DNA from: Minisyncoccota bacterium
GTDB taxonomy: Bacteria; Patescibacteriota; Minisyncoccia; Phycocordibacterales; UBA9973
Length of the DNA: 64,000 nt
Direction: 5' to 3'
NCBI GenBank assembly: GCA_035353995.1
Contig: DAOQAL010000002.1
Location: forward strand, 99,762 to 163,761
Of the stretch, positions 1 to 10,613 are shown in pieces; the stretch's first letter is position 1, and every line of letters begins with the position of its first letter. The position numbers and the translations under genes were made by a program. A model generated the notes under the pieces. It did no database searches. It was not told the origin of the DNA and was given only the letters and a program-made list of their open reading frames with translations.

Positions 1-189
1 TAAAATCATGGAAATTTCCAAATACAGAAACTAGTTCAGTTTATTTAGGTGGAATTGTAAATAACATTTTTTCTTTATTAGTAATAAAAAATTGGTCTTT
101 TCCTATTTATTCTTTTAGCATATATTTAATTGTAATAAATATTGTTATAATTTTTTCCATTTATCATAAAAAAATGGTATATTTAAAAA

Positions 190-1053
190 ATGAAAAATAA
201 ATTTGTAACAGTAGCTGGGGTACAAAGTGTTGTATCCGATGATTTAAAAGAAAACTTAATAAATACTTTTCAAATGGTAGAAGATGCTGCAAGAAATGGG
301 GCACAAATTATTTGCTTGCAAGAACTTTATAAAACTCCTTATTTTCCGCAATATAAAAATGTAAAAAAGGAAAAGTTTTATGAAACAATACCAGGTGAAT
401 CAACAGATGTATTTTCTAGAATTGCAAGAAAATATAAAGTTGTAATAATAGTGCCTATTTTTGAAAAAGATAAAAATGGTAGATATCATAATTCAGCAGC
501 TGTTATAAATATAGATGGAAAACTTTTGCCAACCTATAGAAAAATTCATATTCCTCAAGATCCATTATTTTATGAAAAAGATTATTTTACTGAAAGCAAA
601 GAAGGGTATAAAATTTACAAAACAAAATATGCAACATTTGCAGTTTTGATTTGTTACGACCAGTGGTTTCCAGAGGCAGCTAGATCTGTTAAAATTGCAG
701 GAGCTGATATTATTTTTTATCCAACAGCTATAGGAACTATTAAGGGTGTAAAAGAAAAAGAGGGTGACTGGCATGATGCATGGGAAACTATTATGCGTGG
801 TCATGCTATTGCAAATAGTCTTCATATTGTTGCAGTAAATCGTATTGGTATAGAAAATAAATTAAAATTTTGGGGGCAATCATTTATTTGTGATTCTTTT
901 GGAAAAATAATAAAAAAAGCTGGAGACAACAATGATGAAACAATTATTGCTAAAATTGATTTAGCAAGTAATAAAATTATTGGGTCAGAATGGGGTTTTA
1001 TGAAGAATCGTAGAACAGATACATATAGTTCTATTACAAAAAAAAATAAATGA
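190..1053 (+). CDS. aguB: N-carbamoylputrescine amidase (carbon-nitrogen hydrolase family)
   Basis: Translation carries the CN-hydrolase signatures QELYKTPYF, ICYDQWFPE and YPTAIG and is collinear with known AguB. It overlaps the downstream agmatine deiminase gene by 4 nt. Confidence 0.8.
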   Translation: MKNKFVTVAGVQSVVSDDLKENLINTFQMVEDAARNGAQIICLQELYKTPYFPQYKNVKKEKFYETIPGESTDVFSRIARKYKVVIIVPIFEKDKNGRYHNSAAVINIDGKLLPTYRKIHIPQDPLFYEKDYFTESKEGYKIYKTKYATFAVLICYDQWFPEAARSVKIAGADIIFYPTAIGTIKGVKEKEGDWHDAWETIMRGHAIANSLHIVAVNRIGIENKLKFWGQSFICDSFGKIIKKAGDNNDETIIAKIDLASNKIIGSEWGFMKNRRTDTYSSITKKNK

Positions 1054-2099
1054 ATACTGCAATTACAAAAGAAAATTGTTTAATGCCTGGGGAATGGGAG
1101 AAACATTCTGCTACTTGGCTTGCTTGGCCAAATGATGATGATTATTTTGGAGATAAAATAAAAAATATTGAAAAAATATATTTGCAAATAATTTTTCATT
1201 TGCACAAAGATGAGCCAGTAAAACTTTTGGTTTTAAATAAAGAAAAAGAAGAAAAAGTTAAAGTAATGATGCAAGAGTTTGGAATTGATTTATCAAAAAT
1301 TATTTTTTTTCATGTAGAATATTTTGATGTTTGGATGCGCGACTATGGTCCTACTTTTGTAAAAAAAGAAAATAAAAAAGCTTGGGTAAAATGGAATTAT
1401 GATGGATATGGAATGAAATTTCCAGAACTTTTGCCTGATAATAAAGTATTTTTAACCTTAAAAGATCCCATTAATTTAGAAATGATTGAAGCTGGCATTG
1501 CTCTTGAGGGTGGTGCAATAGAATCAAATGGAAATGGCGTATTAATGACTACTGAAGAATGTTTGCTATTAAATAGAAATATTGGAAAAAATAAAGAAGA
1601 AAATGAACTAATTTTCAAAAAATTACTTGGTATAGAAAAAGTAATTTGGTTGAAACGTGGACTTGTAAATGATCATACTGATGGTCATATTGATGAAATT
1701 GCAAGATTTGTTAGTCCTTTAAAAATTCTTTGTGGATATGAAGAAAATAAAGAAGATGAAAACTACGAAAGATTAAATGAAAATTATAAAATTTTAGAAA
1801 ATTCTACAGATCAAAATGGGAATAAATTTGAAATAATAAAATTACCAATGCCACATATGGAATATAAAAAATGTGAAAAAGAATTTTGTGGTAAAAAAGC
1901 TCCAGTGTCTTATGCCAATTTTTATATTGGAAATAGTACTGTTTTAGTTTCAATTTTTGATGATGAAAATGATAAAAAAGCTATAGAAATAATAAAGTCT
2001 TGTTTTCCAAATAGGGAAGTTATTGGCATAGATTGTCGAGATTTAATATATGGTGGTGGTGCGATACATTGTATTACACAACAAGAACCTGAATTATAA
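1050..2099 (+). CDS. aguA: agmatine deiminase
   Basis: C-terminal GGGAIHCITQQEP is the catalytic Cys motif of the agmatine deiminase/PAD family. Length is 349 aa and it is adjacent to aguB. Confidence 0.8.
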   Translation: MNTAITKENCLMPGEWEKHSATWLAWPNDDDYFGDKIKNIEKIYLQIIFHLHKDEPVKLLVLNKEKEEKVKVMMQEFGIDLSKIIFFHVEYFDVWMRDYGPTFVKKENKKAWVKWNYDGYGMKFPELLPDNKVFLTLKDPINLEMIEAGIALEGGAIESNGNGVLMTTEECLLLNRNIGKNKEENELIFKKLLGIEKVIWLKRGLVNDHTDGHIDEIARFVSPLKILCGYEENKEDENYERLNENYKILENSTDQNGNKFEIIKLPMPHMEYKKCEKEFCGKKAPVSYANFYIGNSTVLVSIFDDENDKKAIEIIKSCFPNREVIGIDCRDLIYGGGAIHCITQQEPEL

Positions 2100-2113
2100 T
2101 TTATAAAATATTT

Positions 2114-3058
2114 ATGAGTATAAAAACAGCAGAGTTTGTAAGCCCAGGACATCCAGATAAAATTTGTGATTTTATTGCTGATTCTATTTTGGACGCATAT
2201 TTAGAAAAAGATAAAGAAAGTCGTGTAGCAATTGAAGTTATGGGAGGACATAATTTAATTGTAATAAATGGAGAAGTTACAAGTAATGCAAGTCCAGATT
2301 TAGAATCTTTGGTAAAAAATATTATTGGCATGGATTTTAAAGTTATAATAAATTTGTCAAAACAGAGTTCAGATATAGCTCGTGGTGTTGATATTGGTGG
2401 AGCTGGAGATCAAGGAATAATGAAAGGATATGCAACTACTGAAACAGTATCTATGATGCCACGTGAGTATGAACTTGCTAGAAATTTATGTCAGAAAGTT
2501 TATGAAAAGTATCCACATGATGGCAAAGTGCAGGTAACCTTAAATGGAGATGTTGTTGAAACGGTAATTGTAAGTTTTCAAAATTCAAAAAATGAAGATC
2601 TTCTACCACTTGTACAAAATATTATAAAAGCAAATGAATATTTAATTAATCCAGCTGGTGAATGGACAATAGGAAGCTTTGATTCAGATACTGGTTTGTC
2701 AGGTAGGAAACTTGTTATAGATAATTATGGTCCAGAATTGCCAATCGGTGGTGGATCATTCTCTGGGAAAGATTATACAAAAGTAGACAGAAGTGGAGCT
2801 TACATGGCAAGAAAAATTGCAGTTGATTTTATAAAAAAAGGAATTGCTAAAGAAGTATTTGTTAAACTTGCATATGCAATAGGAAAACCAGAGCCAGTTA
2901 TGGCTGTTGCTGTATTAGATGGTAAAGAAATAAAAATTGAAGGATATGACTTAACGCCAAAAGGAATAAAAGAAACTTTAAATTTAGAAAATACAAAATT
3001 TGCTGATACTGCTCGTTGGGGCCATTTTGGACGATCTGATTTTTCTTGGGAAAAATAA
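2114..3058 (+). CDS. metK: S-adenosylmethionine synthetase (short form, 314 aa)
   Basis: N-terminal SPGHPDKICDFIADSILDA and C-terminal GGGSFSGKDYTKVDRSGAYMAR match MetK signature regions. It is about 70 aa shorter than E. coli MetK. Confidence 0.75.
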   Translation: MSIKTAEFVSPGHPDKICDFIADSILDAYLEKDKESRVAIEVMGGHNLIVINGEVTSNASPDLESLVKNIIGMDFKVIINLSKQSSDIARGVDIGGAGDQGIMKGYATTETVSMMPREYELARNLCQKVYEKYPHDGKVQVTLNGDVVETVIVSFQNSKNEDLLPLVQNIIKANEYLINPAGEWTIGSFDSDTGLSGRKLVIDNYGPELPIGGGSFSGKDYTKVDRSGAYMARKIAVDFIKKGIAKEVFVKLAYAIGKPEPVMAVAVLDGKEIKIEGYDLTPKGIKETLNLENTKFADTARWGHFGRSDFSWEK

Positions 3059-3062
3059 AATA

Positions 3063-4427
3063 CTATATATTTTTTATTTTATAACCTTCAGGCAAGTCTT
3101 TTATTTCATAACCTAAAGAATTTATTTTTGCTCGCAATTCGTCTGATTTTTTATAGTCTTTCTCTTTTCGTGCTTTTTCTCTTTCTTCTGCAATTTTTTT
3201 AATTTCTTCAGGAATTTCGGTAGCAATTTCTTCTTTTAAATTTTCAAAACCTAAACCCAAAATTTTATCAAAGTCCAAAATAGTTGCTTTCTTGTCTTGA
3301 TTAGAAATTTTTTCGTCTTTTATTAAATCCCATAGAAGTGGTATTGCTCGTGGTGTATCCAAATCATCTTCAATATATTCTTTAAATTTTTTCTTATAAT
3401 TTTCATCTACTATACCAATTTGTTCTCCAAGATCTAAATAAAGTCTGTAAAGTCTTTTTAGAGCAACTTCTGATGCTTTTAATGCTTCCCAAATGAAATT
3501 TACTCTTGTTCTGTAATTTGCCATTAAAAGCCAAAACCTATAAGCTATTGGGTTTATTCCTTTTTCTGTAATATCTTTTAAGATGAAAAAATTCTTTTCA
3601 GACTTTGACATCTTTTTTTGATCAACTAATACCCATTCATTGTGCATCCAGTATTTTACAAATTGTTTTCCTGTACTTGCTTCAGATTGAGCTTTTTCAT
3701 TTTCATGATGTGGAAAAATATTATCAACTCCGCCAGTGTGAATATCTATTTCTTCTCCAAGATTTTTCATTGACATAGCTGAACATTCTATATGCCAACC
3801 CGGTCGTCCTTTTCCAATACTTGTATCCCAAAAAATATTTCCATCTTTTTCATCATAAGCTTTCCATAATGCAAAATCCTGCACATTTTCCTTTTCATAT
3901 TCATCAGAAGCAACTCTGCCAGATGCATTTTCTTTTAAATCTGATAAATTCATATGTGATAACTCTCCATACTTTCCATATTTTTTTATATCAAAATAAA
4001 TACTACCGTCTGAACTTTTGTAAGCAATTCCTTTTTCTAATAGCTTTTCTATTATCTCTACCATGTCTTTTATATAATCGGTAGCTTTTGTGAATTTAGT
4101 CGGGCTGATTATGTTTAAAGACTTTATATCTTTTAAAAATTCTTCAGTAAAAAATTCTGTAAATTCTTTTAAAGATTTTTTTTCTTTCTGAGAATCACGA
4201 ATGGTTTTATCGTCAACATCTGTGATATTCATTATATGTTTTACATTAAAACCCTCATACAAAAGAGTTCTTTTTAAAACATCAGCAAAAATATATGCTC
4301 TATAGTTTCCAATGTGTGGGTAATTATATACTGTTGGTCCACAACTATACATTTTTACCTCGTCTTTATTTATTGGATAAAAATTTTCTTTTTCTCTAGT
4401 TATTGTATTGTAGAATTTTAATGCCAT
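3063..4427 (-). CDS. cysS: cysteinyl-tRNA synthetase
   Basis: Class I aaRS HIGN (PHIGNYRAY) and KMSKS motifs with the CysRS-like N-terminus (YSCGPTVYNYPHIGN). Length 454 aa. Confidence 0.85.
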   Translation of the reverse strand: MALKFYNTITREKENFYPINKDEVKMYSCGPTVYNYPHIGNYRAYIFADVLKRTLLYEGFNVKHIMNITDVDDKTIRDSQKEKKSLKEFTEFFTEEFLKDIKSLNIISPTKFTKATDYIKDMVEIIEKLLEKGIAYKSSDGSIYFDIKKYGKYGELSHMNLSDLKENASGRVASDEYEKENVQDFALWKAYDEKDGNIFWDTSIGKGRPGWHIECSAMSMKNLGEEIDIHTGGVDNIFPHHENEKAQSEASTGKQFVKYWMHNEWVLVDQKKMSKSEKNFFILKDITEKGINPIAYRFWLLMANYRTRVNFIWEALKASEVALKRLYRLYLDLGEQIGIVDENYKKKFKEYIEDDLDTPRAIPLLWDLIKDEKISNQDKKATILDFDKILGLGFENLKEEIATEIPEEIKKIAEEREKARKEKDYKKSDELRAKINSLGYEIKDLPEGYKIKNI

Positions 4428-4432
4428 TTTAT

Positions 4433-5461
4433 CTAAAATGTATTATCTTTAAAATCGTCTTGATATATTGAAATTAAAGTATAAAGCAAACTTACTACTA
4501 AAGGTCCAATTAAAATACCAACAGGACCGAGAAGTGCAATTCCACCCAATACTGAAAATAGAATAATAAATTCTGGAATTTTTATATTTTTTCCTATAAC
4601 AAAAGGACTTAATAAATTATCAATTAATCCAACAAGCACAACAGCCCATACAAGCATTCCAATTGCTTCTATTGTATGTCCTGTAGCATAAAGAAAAATT
4701 ACTGCTGGTACTGACACTAATGCTGTACCCACAGTAGGTATAAAAGAAGCAATAGCTGCAATTACTCCCCAAAGTGCAGGATTTGGTACTCCAAAGAAAG
4801 CCAATCCTATGCCCATTAAAAGTCCTTGGCATAGAGCGATAAAAAGATATCCTTTAATAACACCATTTACTGTTTTTTTTAATCTTGTAATTATTTTTTG
4901 ATCATTTCTATCAGACATTGGACTTAATGCAATCAAAGAATCTTTCCATTTATGTCCATCTTTTAAGAAATAGAAAATAGACAAAAGTAAAAGCAAAAAA
5001 GAAAATGCTGTTGAAAGCGTGGTGCTGAATATTTTTGCTACATTACTTGATATTAAAGAAATAAAATTAGAAATTTTTTCATTTAGATTAAAAGAAATTC
5101 CATTTGGTAGATAGTTGTTTATAGTGTCGTTTATATTTTCAAGAAATGGACCAATTTTTTCTCCATTTCCAACAATCTGATAAACATTCTGAGATTGATT
5201 AAAAACAATTACACCAATACCAAAGAGGGGACCACAAATTAATACTATAAATATAATTACAGAAAGAAGTGATGAAAGCCAGTTTGAAAAATGTTGTTTT
5301 TTAAACCAGTTATTAATTGGCAATAAAACAATAGCAAAAGAAGCTCCTAGTGCAAGAACAATCCAGAAAGGGCGGAATATAAAAAAGGCAAAAATTAATG
5401 TTAAAAATAATAAACCAAAAAAGAAATACTTTTGAGTTGTGTTTATTGGCATATTGGTCAT
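4433..5461 (-). CDS. AI-2E family (PerM/YhhT-like) membrane transporter
   Basis: 342 aa with about 8 predicted TM helices. Length and topology are typical of the family. There is no diagnostic motif, so this is a fold-level call only. Confidence 0.45.
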   Translation of the reverse strand: MTNMPINTTQKYFFFGLLFLTLIFAFFIFRPFWIVLALGASFAIVLLPINNWFKKQHFSNWLSSLLSVIIFIVLICGPLFGIGVIVFNQSQNVYQIVGNGEKIGPFLENINDTINNYLPNGISFNLNEKISNFISLISSNVAKIFSTTLSTAFSFLLLLLSIFYFLKDGHKWKDSLIALSPMSDRNDQKIITRLKKTVNGVIKGYLFIALCQGLLMGIGLAFFGVPNPALWGVIAAIASFIPTVGTALVSVPAVIFLYATGHTIEAIGMLVWAVVLVGLIDNLLSPFVIGKNIKIPEFIILFSVLGGIALLGPVGILIGPLVVSLLYTLISIYQDDFKDNTF

Positions 5462-5543
5462 TATAACAAAAAGAAAGCCCAGTACAAAGCTTTTTTTATA
5501 GCCAGAGTTGCTTTTTTAAGAATTATCGTGTAATATAGGTTTC

Positions 5544-5861
5544 ATGGAATTTGCAGTAATAAAAACAGGCGGAAAACAATACAAGGTCTCAAAGGACAGT
5601 GTTCTCTCTATTGAAAAAATAAAAGGGGAATACAAGAAAGGAGATAAAATATCTTTTGATAATGTTCTTTTAGTTGATGATGGAAAAGATACAACAATTG
5701 GTACACCTTATATAGCAGGAGCAAAAGTAGATGCTGAAATTCTTGAAATTGGAAGAAGTAGGAAAGTTCTAGTTGTAAAATATAAACAAAAGTCTCGTTA
5801 TCTAAAACGCAATGGACACCGCCAGCCATTCTTTAAAATAAAAATAATTTCTATAAAATAA
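5544..5861 (+). CDS. rplU: 50S ribosomal protein L21
   Basis: MEFAVIKTGGKQYKV... matches the L21 N-terminus (YAV..GGKQ). Length 105 aa. Confidence 0.8.
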   Translation: MEFAVIKTGGKQYKVSKDSVLSIEKIKGEYKKGDKISFDNVLLVDDGKDTTIGTPYIAGAKVDAEILEIGRSRKVLVVKYKQKSRYLKRNGHRQPFFKIKIISIK

Positions 5862-5884
5862 AAAATCCGCTTTAAGTGGATTTT

Positions 5885-6499
5885 TTATTGTCTATTTTTA
5901 AGAGCATTTTTTATTGTGTCATTGTCCGAATATTCAAGTTCTGTACCAGTAGAAAGGCCACGCCCTAAGGATGATATTTTAATTCCAAATAATTCTGTGA
6001 TATTTTTAATTTCACTTCTAATATAAAGATCAGTGTGGTCTCCTTGTGGACTTAAAGAAAATGCCAATATAATTTCTTTTAATTCTTTTCCATCTTTTTT
6101 TATTTTTTGTATAAGTTCATTTACGCGTATTCTACTTTTAGTATTCTTTTCTACTATTGGTACTAATCCTCCTAAAATAAAATATTTTCCGTGATAACTT
6201 CTACTTTTTTTTATACTTTCAAAATCTGAATCTTTTTCAACTATCATCAAGATGGAATTATCGGTATGTGGACTGGAACAAATATCACAAATTTTATTTT
6301 CATTATTTTTTACAATAAAAAATCTAAAACATTCCTTGCATTGTGTTATCTCTTTCTTTAAATCTTTTATTAAAAGAAGAAAATTTTCAACGTAACTTTG
6401 ATTTTTAGACATTAAAAAATAAACAAAACGTTTTGCTTGTCTTTCTCCAATTCCTGGAAATTCTTTAAATATTTCTGTTAGTTTTTCTATCGTGTCCAT
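5885..6499 (-). CDS. recR: recombination protein RecR
   Basis: C4 zinc finger (CKECFRFF...CDICS) followed by a Toprim-like region. Length 204 aa. Confidence 0.85.
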   Translation of the reverse strand: MDTIEKLTEIFKEFPGIGERQAKRFVYFLMSKNQSYVENFLLLIKDLKKEITQCKECFRFFIVKNNENKICDICSSPHTDNSILMIVEKDSDFESIKKSRSYHGKYFILGGLVPIVEKNTKSRIRVNELIQKIKKDGKELKEIILAFSLSPQGDHTDLYIRSEIKNITELFGIKISSLGRGLSTGTELEYSDNDTIKNALKNRQ

Positions 6500-6545
6500 A
6501 AGATGATTATATCAGATTGTATAGATAAGGATTAGTCCACATTTT

Positions 6546-7937
6546 TTAGAATTCATCTAACGAGTCAGAAATTTTTGCAGCTGAGAATTCGCTTATGCTA
6601 CTTTTTTCCAAACTTAAGAACGTAGTAGTCTTTTCGTCGAAATATAATTCAATTTTACCAGTCGGTCCATTTCTATGTTTTTCAATCATAATCTCTGCTA
6701 TATTTGTTTTTTCTGATTCATCTTTTCCTTTATCTTCTCTATGAATAAACATTACAACATCTGCGTCCTGTTCGATTGATCCAGAGTCTCGAAGATCAGA
6801 AAGTCTAGGTCTTCCTCCACGAGATTCCACTGCTCTGGAAAGTTGGGAAAGAGCAAGCACTGGAACATCTAATTCTTTTGCTAAACTCTTTAATGATCTA
6901 GAGATTTCAGTAACTTGATTTACCATAGAATCGTAATTTTTAGATGTAGTCATAAGTTGCAAATAGTCAACGATAATCATATCAAGTCCTTTTTCGGCTT
7001 TTAATCTGCGTGCAGTAGCTTTCATTCTAACAATAGAATTACCTGGTTGGTCATCAATATAAATTTTTGCTTTAGATAATTTATCAAGAGAATCTCTAAG
7101 TTTAGAAAAATCATTATCACCTGATAGGCGACCTGTTCGCAAATTCCACGCATTAACTCTTGATTCAGCAGCAAGCATTCTGTCTACTAATTGTTGAGAA
7201 GACATTTCAAGAGAGAAAATTCCAATAGACTTATCGTGTTGTATTGCTGACATTCTGGCTATATCAAGAGCAAGTGTAGTTTTTCCCATAGATGGTCTTG
7301 CAGCAAGAATAATCAAATCTGACTTTTGAAAACCAGAAAGAATATTATCCAAATCATGGAATCCCGTAGGAACACCACGCAATGAATCTTTGTGCTCGTG
7401 TAATTTTTCTAAACGTTCAAATGCTTCTGGTAAAGCGTCTTTTAGACTCGTAAACTTTTGATTTTTTGGAGAAGATACAACACTAAAAACTTTTTTTTCT
7501 GCTTTGTCTAAAATATCATCCATGTGTTCATCATTTTCTTCAAATGCAAGTTCTGAAACATAATCAGCTGCATCTATCAAACTTCGCAATATAAATTTTT
7601 TCTGAACAATATTTGCGTAATGTTTTATATTTGTTGATGATGGAACACCATTTGCTACTTCAGCGAGATATTGATTACCACCAATAGAATCAAGTAATTT
7701 TTTTTCACCAAGTTTAGTAGAAAGAGAAAGCATGTCTATTGGTTCATTTTTCAAATATAAATCAAGCATTGCTTGAAAAATAATTTTATGTTTTTCAGCA
7801 TAAAAAGAATCCGGAGTAATTATGTCTTCAATTTCATGTATTGCATCCTTACGAAGCATTATTGAACCCAATACTGCTTTCTCTGAATCAATACTTTGAG
7901 GAGGAATTCGAACACCACTTTTTGTTATCTTTGGCAT
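6546..7937 (-). CDS. dnaB: replicative DNA helicase DnaB
   Basis: 463 aa. N-terminal DnaB domain, Walker A (ARPSMGKT), IIVDYLQLM and the RecA-like C-terminal domain are all present. Confidence 0.9.
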   Translation of the reverse strand: MPKITKSGVRIPPQSIDSEKAVLGSIMLRKDAIHEIEDIITPDSFYAEKHKIIFQAMLDLYLKNEPIDMLSLSTKLGEKKLLDSIGGNQYLAEVANGVPSSTNIKHYANIVQKKFILRSLIDAADYVSELAFEENDEHMDDILDKAEKKVFSVVSSPKNQKFTSLKDALPEAFERLEKLHEHKDSLRGVPTGFHDLDNILSGFQKSDLIILAARPSMGKTTLALDIARMSAIQHDKSIGIFSLEMSSQQLVDRMLAAESRVNAWNLRTGRLSGDNDFSKLRDSLDKLSKAKIYIDDQPGNSIVRMKATARRLKAEKGLDMIIVDYLQLMTTSKNYDSMVNQVTEISRSLKSLAKELDVPVLALSQLSRAVESRGGRPRLSDLRDSGSIEQDADVVMFIHREDKGKDESEKTNIAEIMIEKHRNGPTGKIELYFDEKTTTFLSLEKSSISEFSAAKISDSLDEF

Positions 7938-8028
7938 AAAAGCATTCTAGCATGACACAAAAATACTCCAAGCTCAAAAAGTGTGCAAACTGTTATTAAA
8001 ATGGGGACAAGTATGATATTATTAAAAT

Positions 8029-8979
8029 ATGGTAAAAAAGATATTATTATCTGGTGTTAAACCTACTGGAATATGTCATATAGGTAATTATTTTGGTGCG
8101 ATGAAACAGTTTGTGGATTTATCAAAGGATTATGAAAGCTATGTCTTTATCGCTGATTATCATGCTCTAAATCTTATTCAAGATAGAAAAGAAATGCAGA
8201 AGATTATAGTTGATATTTTACTTGATTATTTGGCAATCGGTTTAGATCCAGAAAAAGTTATAATTTTTAAACAATCAGATATTAGTGAACACACAGAACT
8301 TACTTGGATTTTTGATGCGATTACTACTATGCCATATTTGCAAAGATCGCATGCTTACAAAGATGCATTAGCAAAAGATAAAGAGATAAATGTTGGAACA
8401 TTTAATTATCCTATGTTAATGGCAGCAGATATTTTGCTCTATAGTGCTGATATTGTTCCAGTAGGACAAGATCAAAAACAGCATGTTGAATATGCACGAG
8501 ACACTGCTCTAAAATTTAATCGAGTTTTTGGAGAGACTTTTAAATTGCCAGAACCAATGATTATTAAAAGTGTTTCTGTAGTACCAGGATTAGATGGTAG
8601 AAAAATGTCAAAAAGCTATGGAAACGTTATTCCACTTTTTGCCGAATATGATGAAATAAAAAAATGTGTAATGAAAATTGTTACTGATTCAGGAAACAGT
8701 ATTCCGGAAAATGTTTTTGCAATACATAAACTTTTACGACCCGAAGAAGAACTTAAAAAAGTATATAAAGAAATGAATGGAAGTTACAAAAAAATGAAAG
8801 AACTTTTGATAGAAGATCTTGAAAAATTTATTTCTCCAATGCGAGAAAGAAGAAAAGAATTATCGAAAGATATTCCAAAAGTTATAGAAATTTTAAAAGA
8901 GGGAAGCGAACGAGCAAAAAAAATCGCATCGACAAAAATGGACGAAGTGCGAGATAAAATCGGAGTAAAAATATACTAA
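8029..8979 (+). CDS. trpS: tryptophanyl-tRNA synthetase
   Basis: SGVKPTGICHIGNYFGA (HIGH-type motif) and KMSKS. Length of 316 aa is typical of TrpRS. Confidence 0.85.
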   Translation: MVKKILLSGVKPTGICHIGNYFGAMKQFVDLSKDYESYVFIADYHALNLIQDRKEMQKIIVDILLDYLAIGLDPEKVIIFKQSDISEHTELTWIFDAITTMPYLQRSHAYKDALAKDKEINVGTFNYPMLMAADILLYSADIVPVGQDQKQHVEYARDTALKFNRVFGETFKLPEPMIIKSVSVVPGLDGRKMSKSYGNVIPLFAEYDEIKKCVMKIVTDSGNSIPENVFAIHKLLRPEEELKKVYKEMNGSYKKMKELLIEDLEKFISPMRERRKELSKDIPKVIEILKEGSERAKKIASTKMDEVRDKIGVKIY

Positions 8980-9092
8980 AAACGCTATTTTCAGTCTTTT
9001 TTATTGGGAATTGCATCTTTATATAAAATCGTTTATAATGCATTCAAAGCTCGTTGAGCTTTTCTTTTCTTGTTATTTAGATTGCTAATAAT

Positions 9093-9395
9093 ATGGAAGA
9101 AAAAGATAAAGATTTAAGTAAAAAAGATACTATTAAACACCAAAATGGATTTGGCTTCTGGAAGCCTATGATAGTTTTTTATGCTAAAACCACTTCTTGG
9201 ATAGTTTTACCTTTAATACTAGCTGTCTTTGGAGGAAAATTTGTTACAAAAACATTCCAAAGTCAGTCAATTTTCTTTTTATTTATTATTGTTGGTTTTT
9301 TAATAACTTGTTTTGGAATTTATCGTGAAATTAAGAAATACAAAAAAGGATTAGAAGTATCAGAAAAAAAAGAGCAGGATATTGATAGTATTTAA
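9093..9395 (+). CDS. small membrane protein at the head of the atp operon (AtpI/AtpZ-like position)
   Basis: 100 aa with two hydrophobic helices, immediately upstream of atpB. Called by position and topology only. Confidence 0.3.
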   Translation: MEEKDKDLSKKDTIKHQNGFGFWKPMIVFYAKTTSWIVLPLILAVFGGKFVTKTFQSQSIFFLFIIVGFLITCFGIYREIKKYKKGLEVSEKKEQDIDSI

Positions 9396-9406
9396 AATTT
9401 AAAATA

Positions 9407-10291
9407 ATGGAAGAAAATACAACACAACAAAACACTACAACAGAAATAAGTCACGATGTAACAATTTATGCCGAACCGATTTTTAGTATAGGAAATTTTG
9501 AAGTTACGAATTCATTGATTACTTCATGGCTTACAGTTTTAATAATAATAATTTTTTCCGTAATAATTAGATTAAAATTAAAAAAGATTCCCGGTAAATT
9601 CCAACATGTTTGTGAAGTAGTTTTAGAAGGAGCTTTATCTTTAGTAGATCAAGTTACAAATGATAGAAAAATTTCAAAAAAAGTTTTTCCATTAGCATTC
9701 TCTCTTTTTATTTTCGTTTTAATAAGTAACTGGCTTGGATTGTTTCCAATATTAGGTTCTATGGGTTTATTGGTTAAAGAAGGAGCATCTTCAACATTTG
9801 TTCCTTTTTTGCGTTCAGGAACTGCAGATATAAATACTACATTGATTCTTAGTTTCATGGTTGTAATAGGATCAAATATTTTTGGAATGTGCATTGTTGG
9901 AATTTGGAAACTTTTCAATAAATATGTTAATCTTGAAGCATTAGGATCAATATTTACAAAAGTTTGGAAAGATCCTTCTGTATTAATCGTTGCACCAATT
10001 AGTTTTTTTGTTGGTATTCTTGAACTTATTGGCGAAATAGCGAAAGTTGCCTCACTTTCTTTTCGATTGTTTGGTAATGTATTTGCTGGAGAAGTCCTTT
10101 TGGCTTCAATGTCAGCGATATGTGCTTTTATAGTTCCAGGGCCGTTTCTTTTCTTGGAAGTATTTATTGGACTTATACAGGCTTTGATTTTTGCTTTGCT
10201 TACAACAGTATACTTTACAATAGCGTCACAGGATCACGGAGAAGATGAAAGTCATGAGGAAAATAAAAATAAGGGATTAGCGAGTGTTTAA
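9407..10291 (+). CDS. atpB: F0F1 ATP synthase subunit a
   Basis: Polytopic protein with the conserved FRLFGNVFAGE segment containing the essential Arg. Confidence 0.85.
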   Translation: MEENTTQQNTTTEISHDVTIYAEPIFSIGNFEVTNSLITSWLTVLIIIIFSVIIRLKLKKIPGKFQHVCEVVLEGALSLVDQVTNDRKISKKVFPLAFSLFIFVLISNWLGLFPILGSMGLLVKEGASSTFVPFLRSGTADINTTLILSFMVVIGSNIFGMCIVGIWKLFNKYVNLEALGSIFTKVWKDPSVLIVAPISFFVGILELIGEIAKVASLSFRLFGNVFAGEVLLASMSAICAFIVPGPFLFLEVFIGLIQALIFALLTTVYFTIASQDHGEDESHEENKNKGLASV

Positions 10292-10320
10292 ATTATTATT
10301 AAAAGGTCAATTATTATTAG

Positions 10321-10599
<279 letters not shown>

Positions 10600-10613
10600 T
10601 TTATTCAAAAAGA

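Noticed and set aside
565-825. Antisense and alternative-frame ORFs inside well-supported genes, e.g. 565-825(-), 1397-1618(-), 3821-4084(+), 14481-15280, 19040-20140, 38292-38793, 52023-52809, 53109-53459.
   Set aside because: They lie wholly within strongly supported CDSs on the opposite strand or frame. Their low-complexity composition is typical of AT-rich shadow ORFs, and they carry no motifs.
9649-9918. 89-aa minus-strand ORF inside atpB.
   Set aside because: It is embedded in the highly conserved atpB coding region, so it is a shadow ORF.
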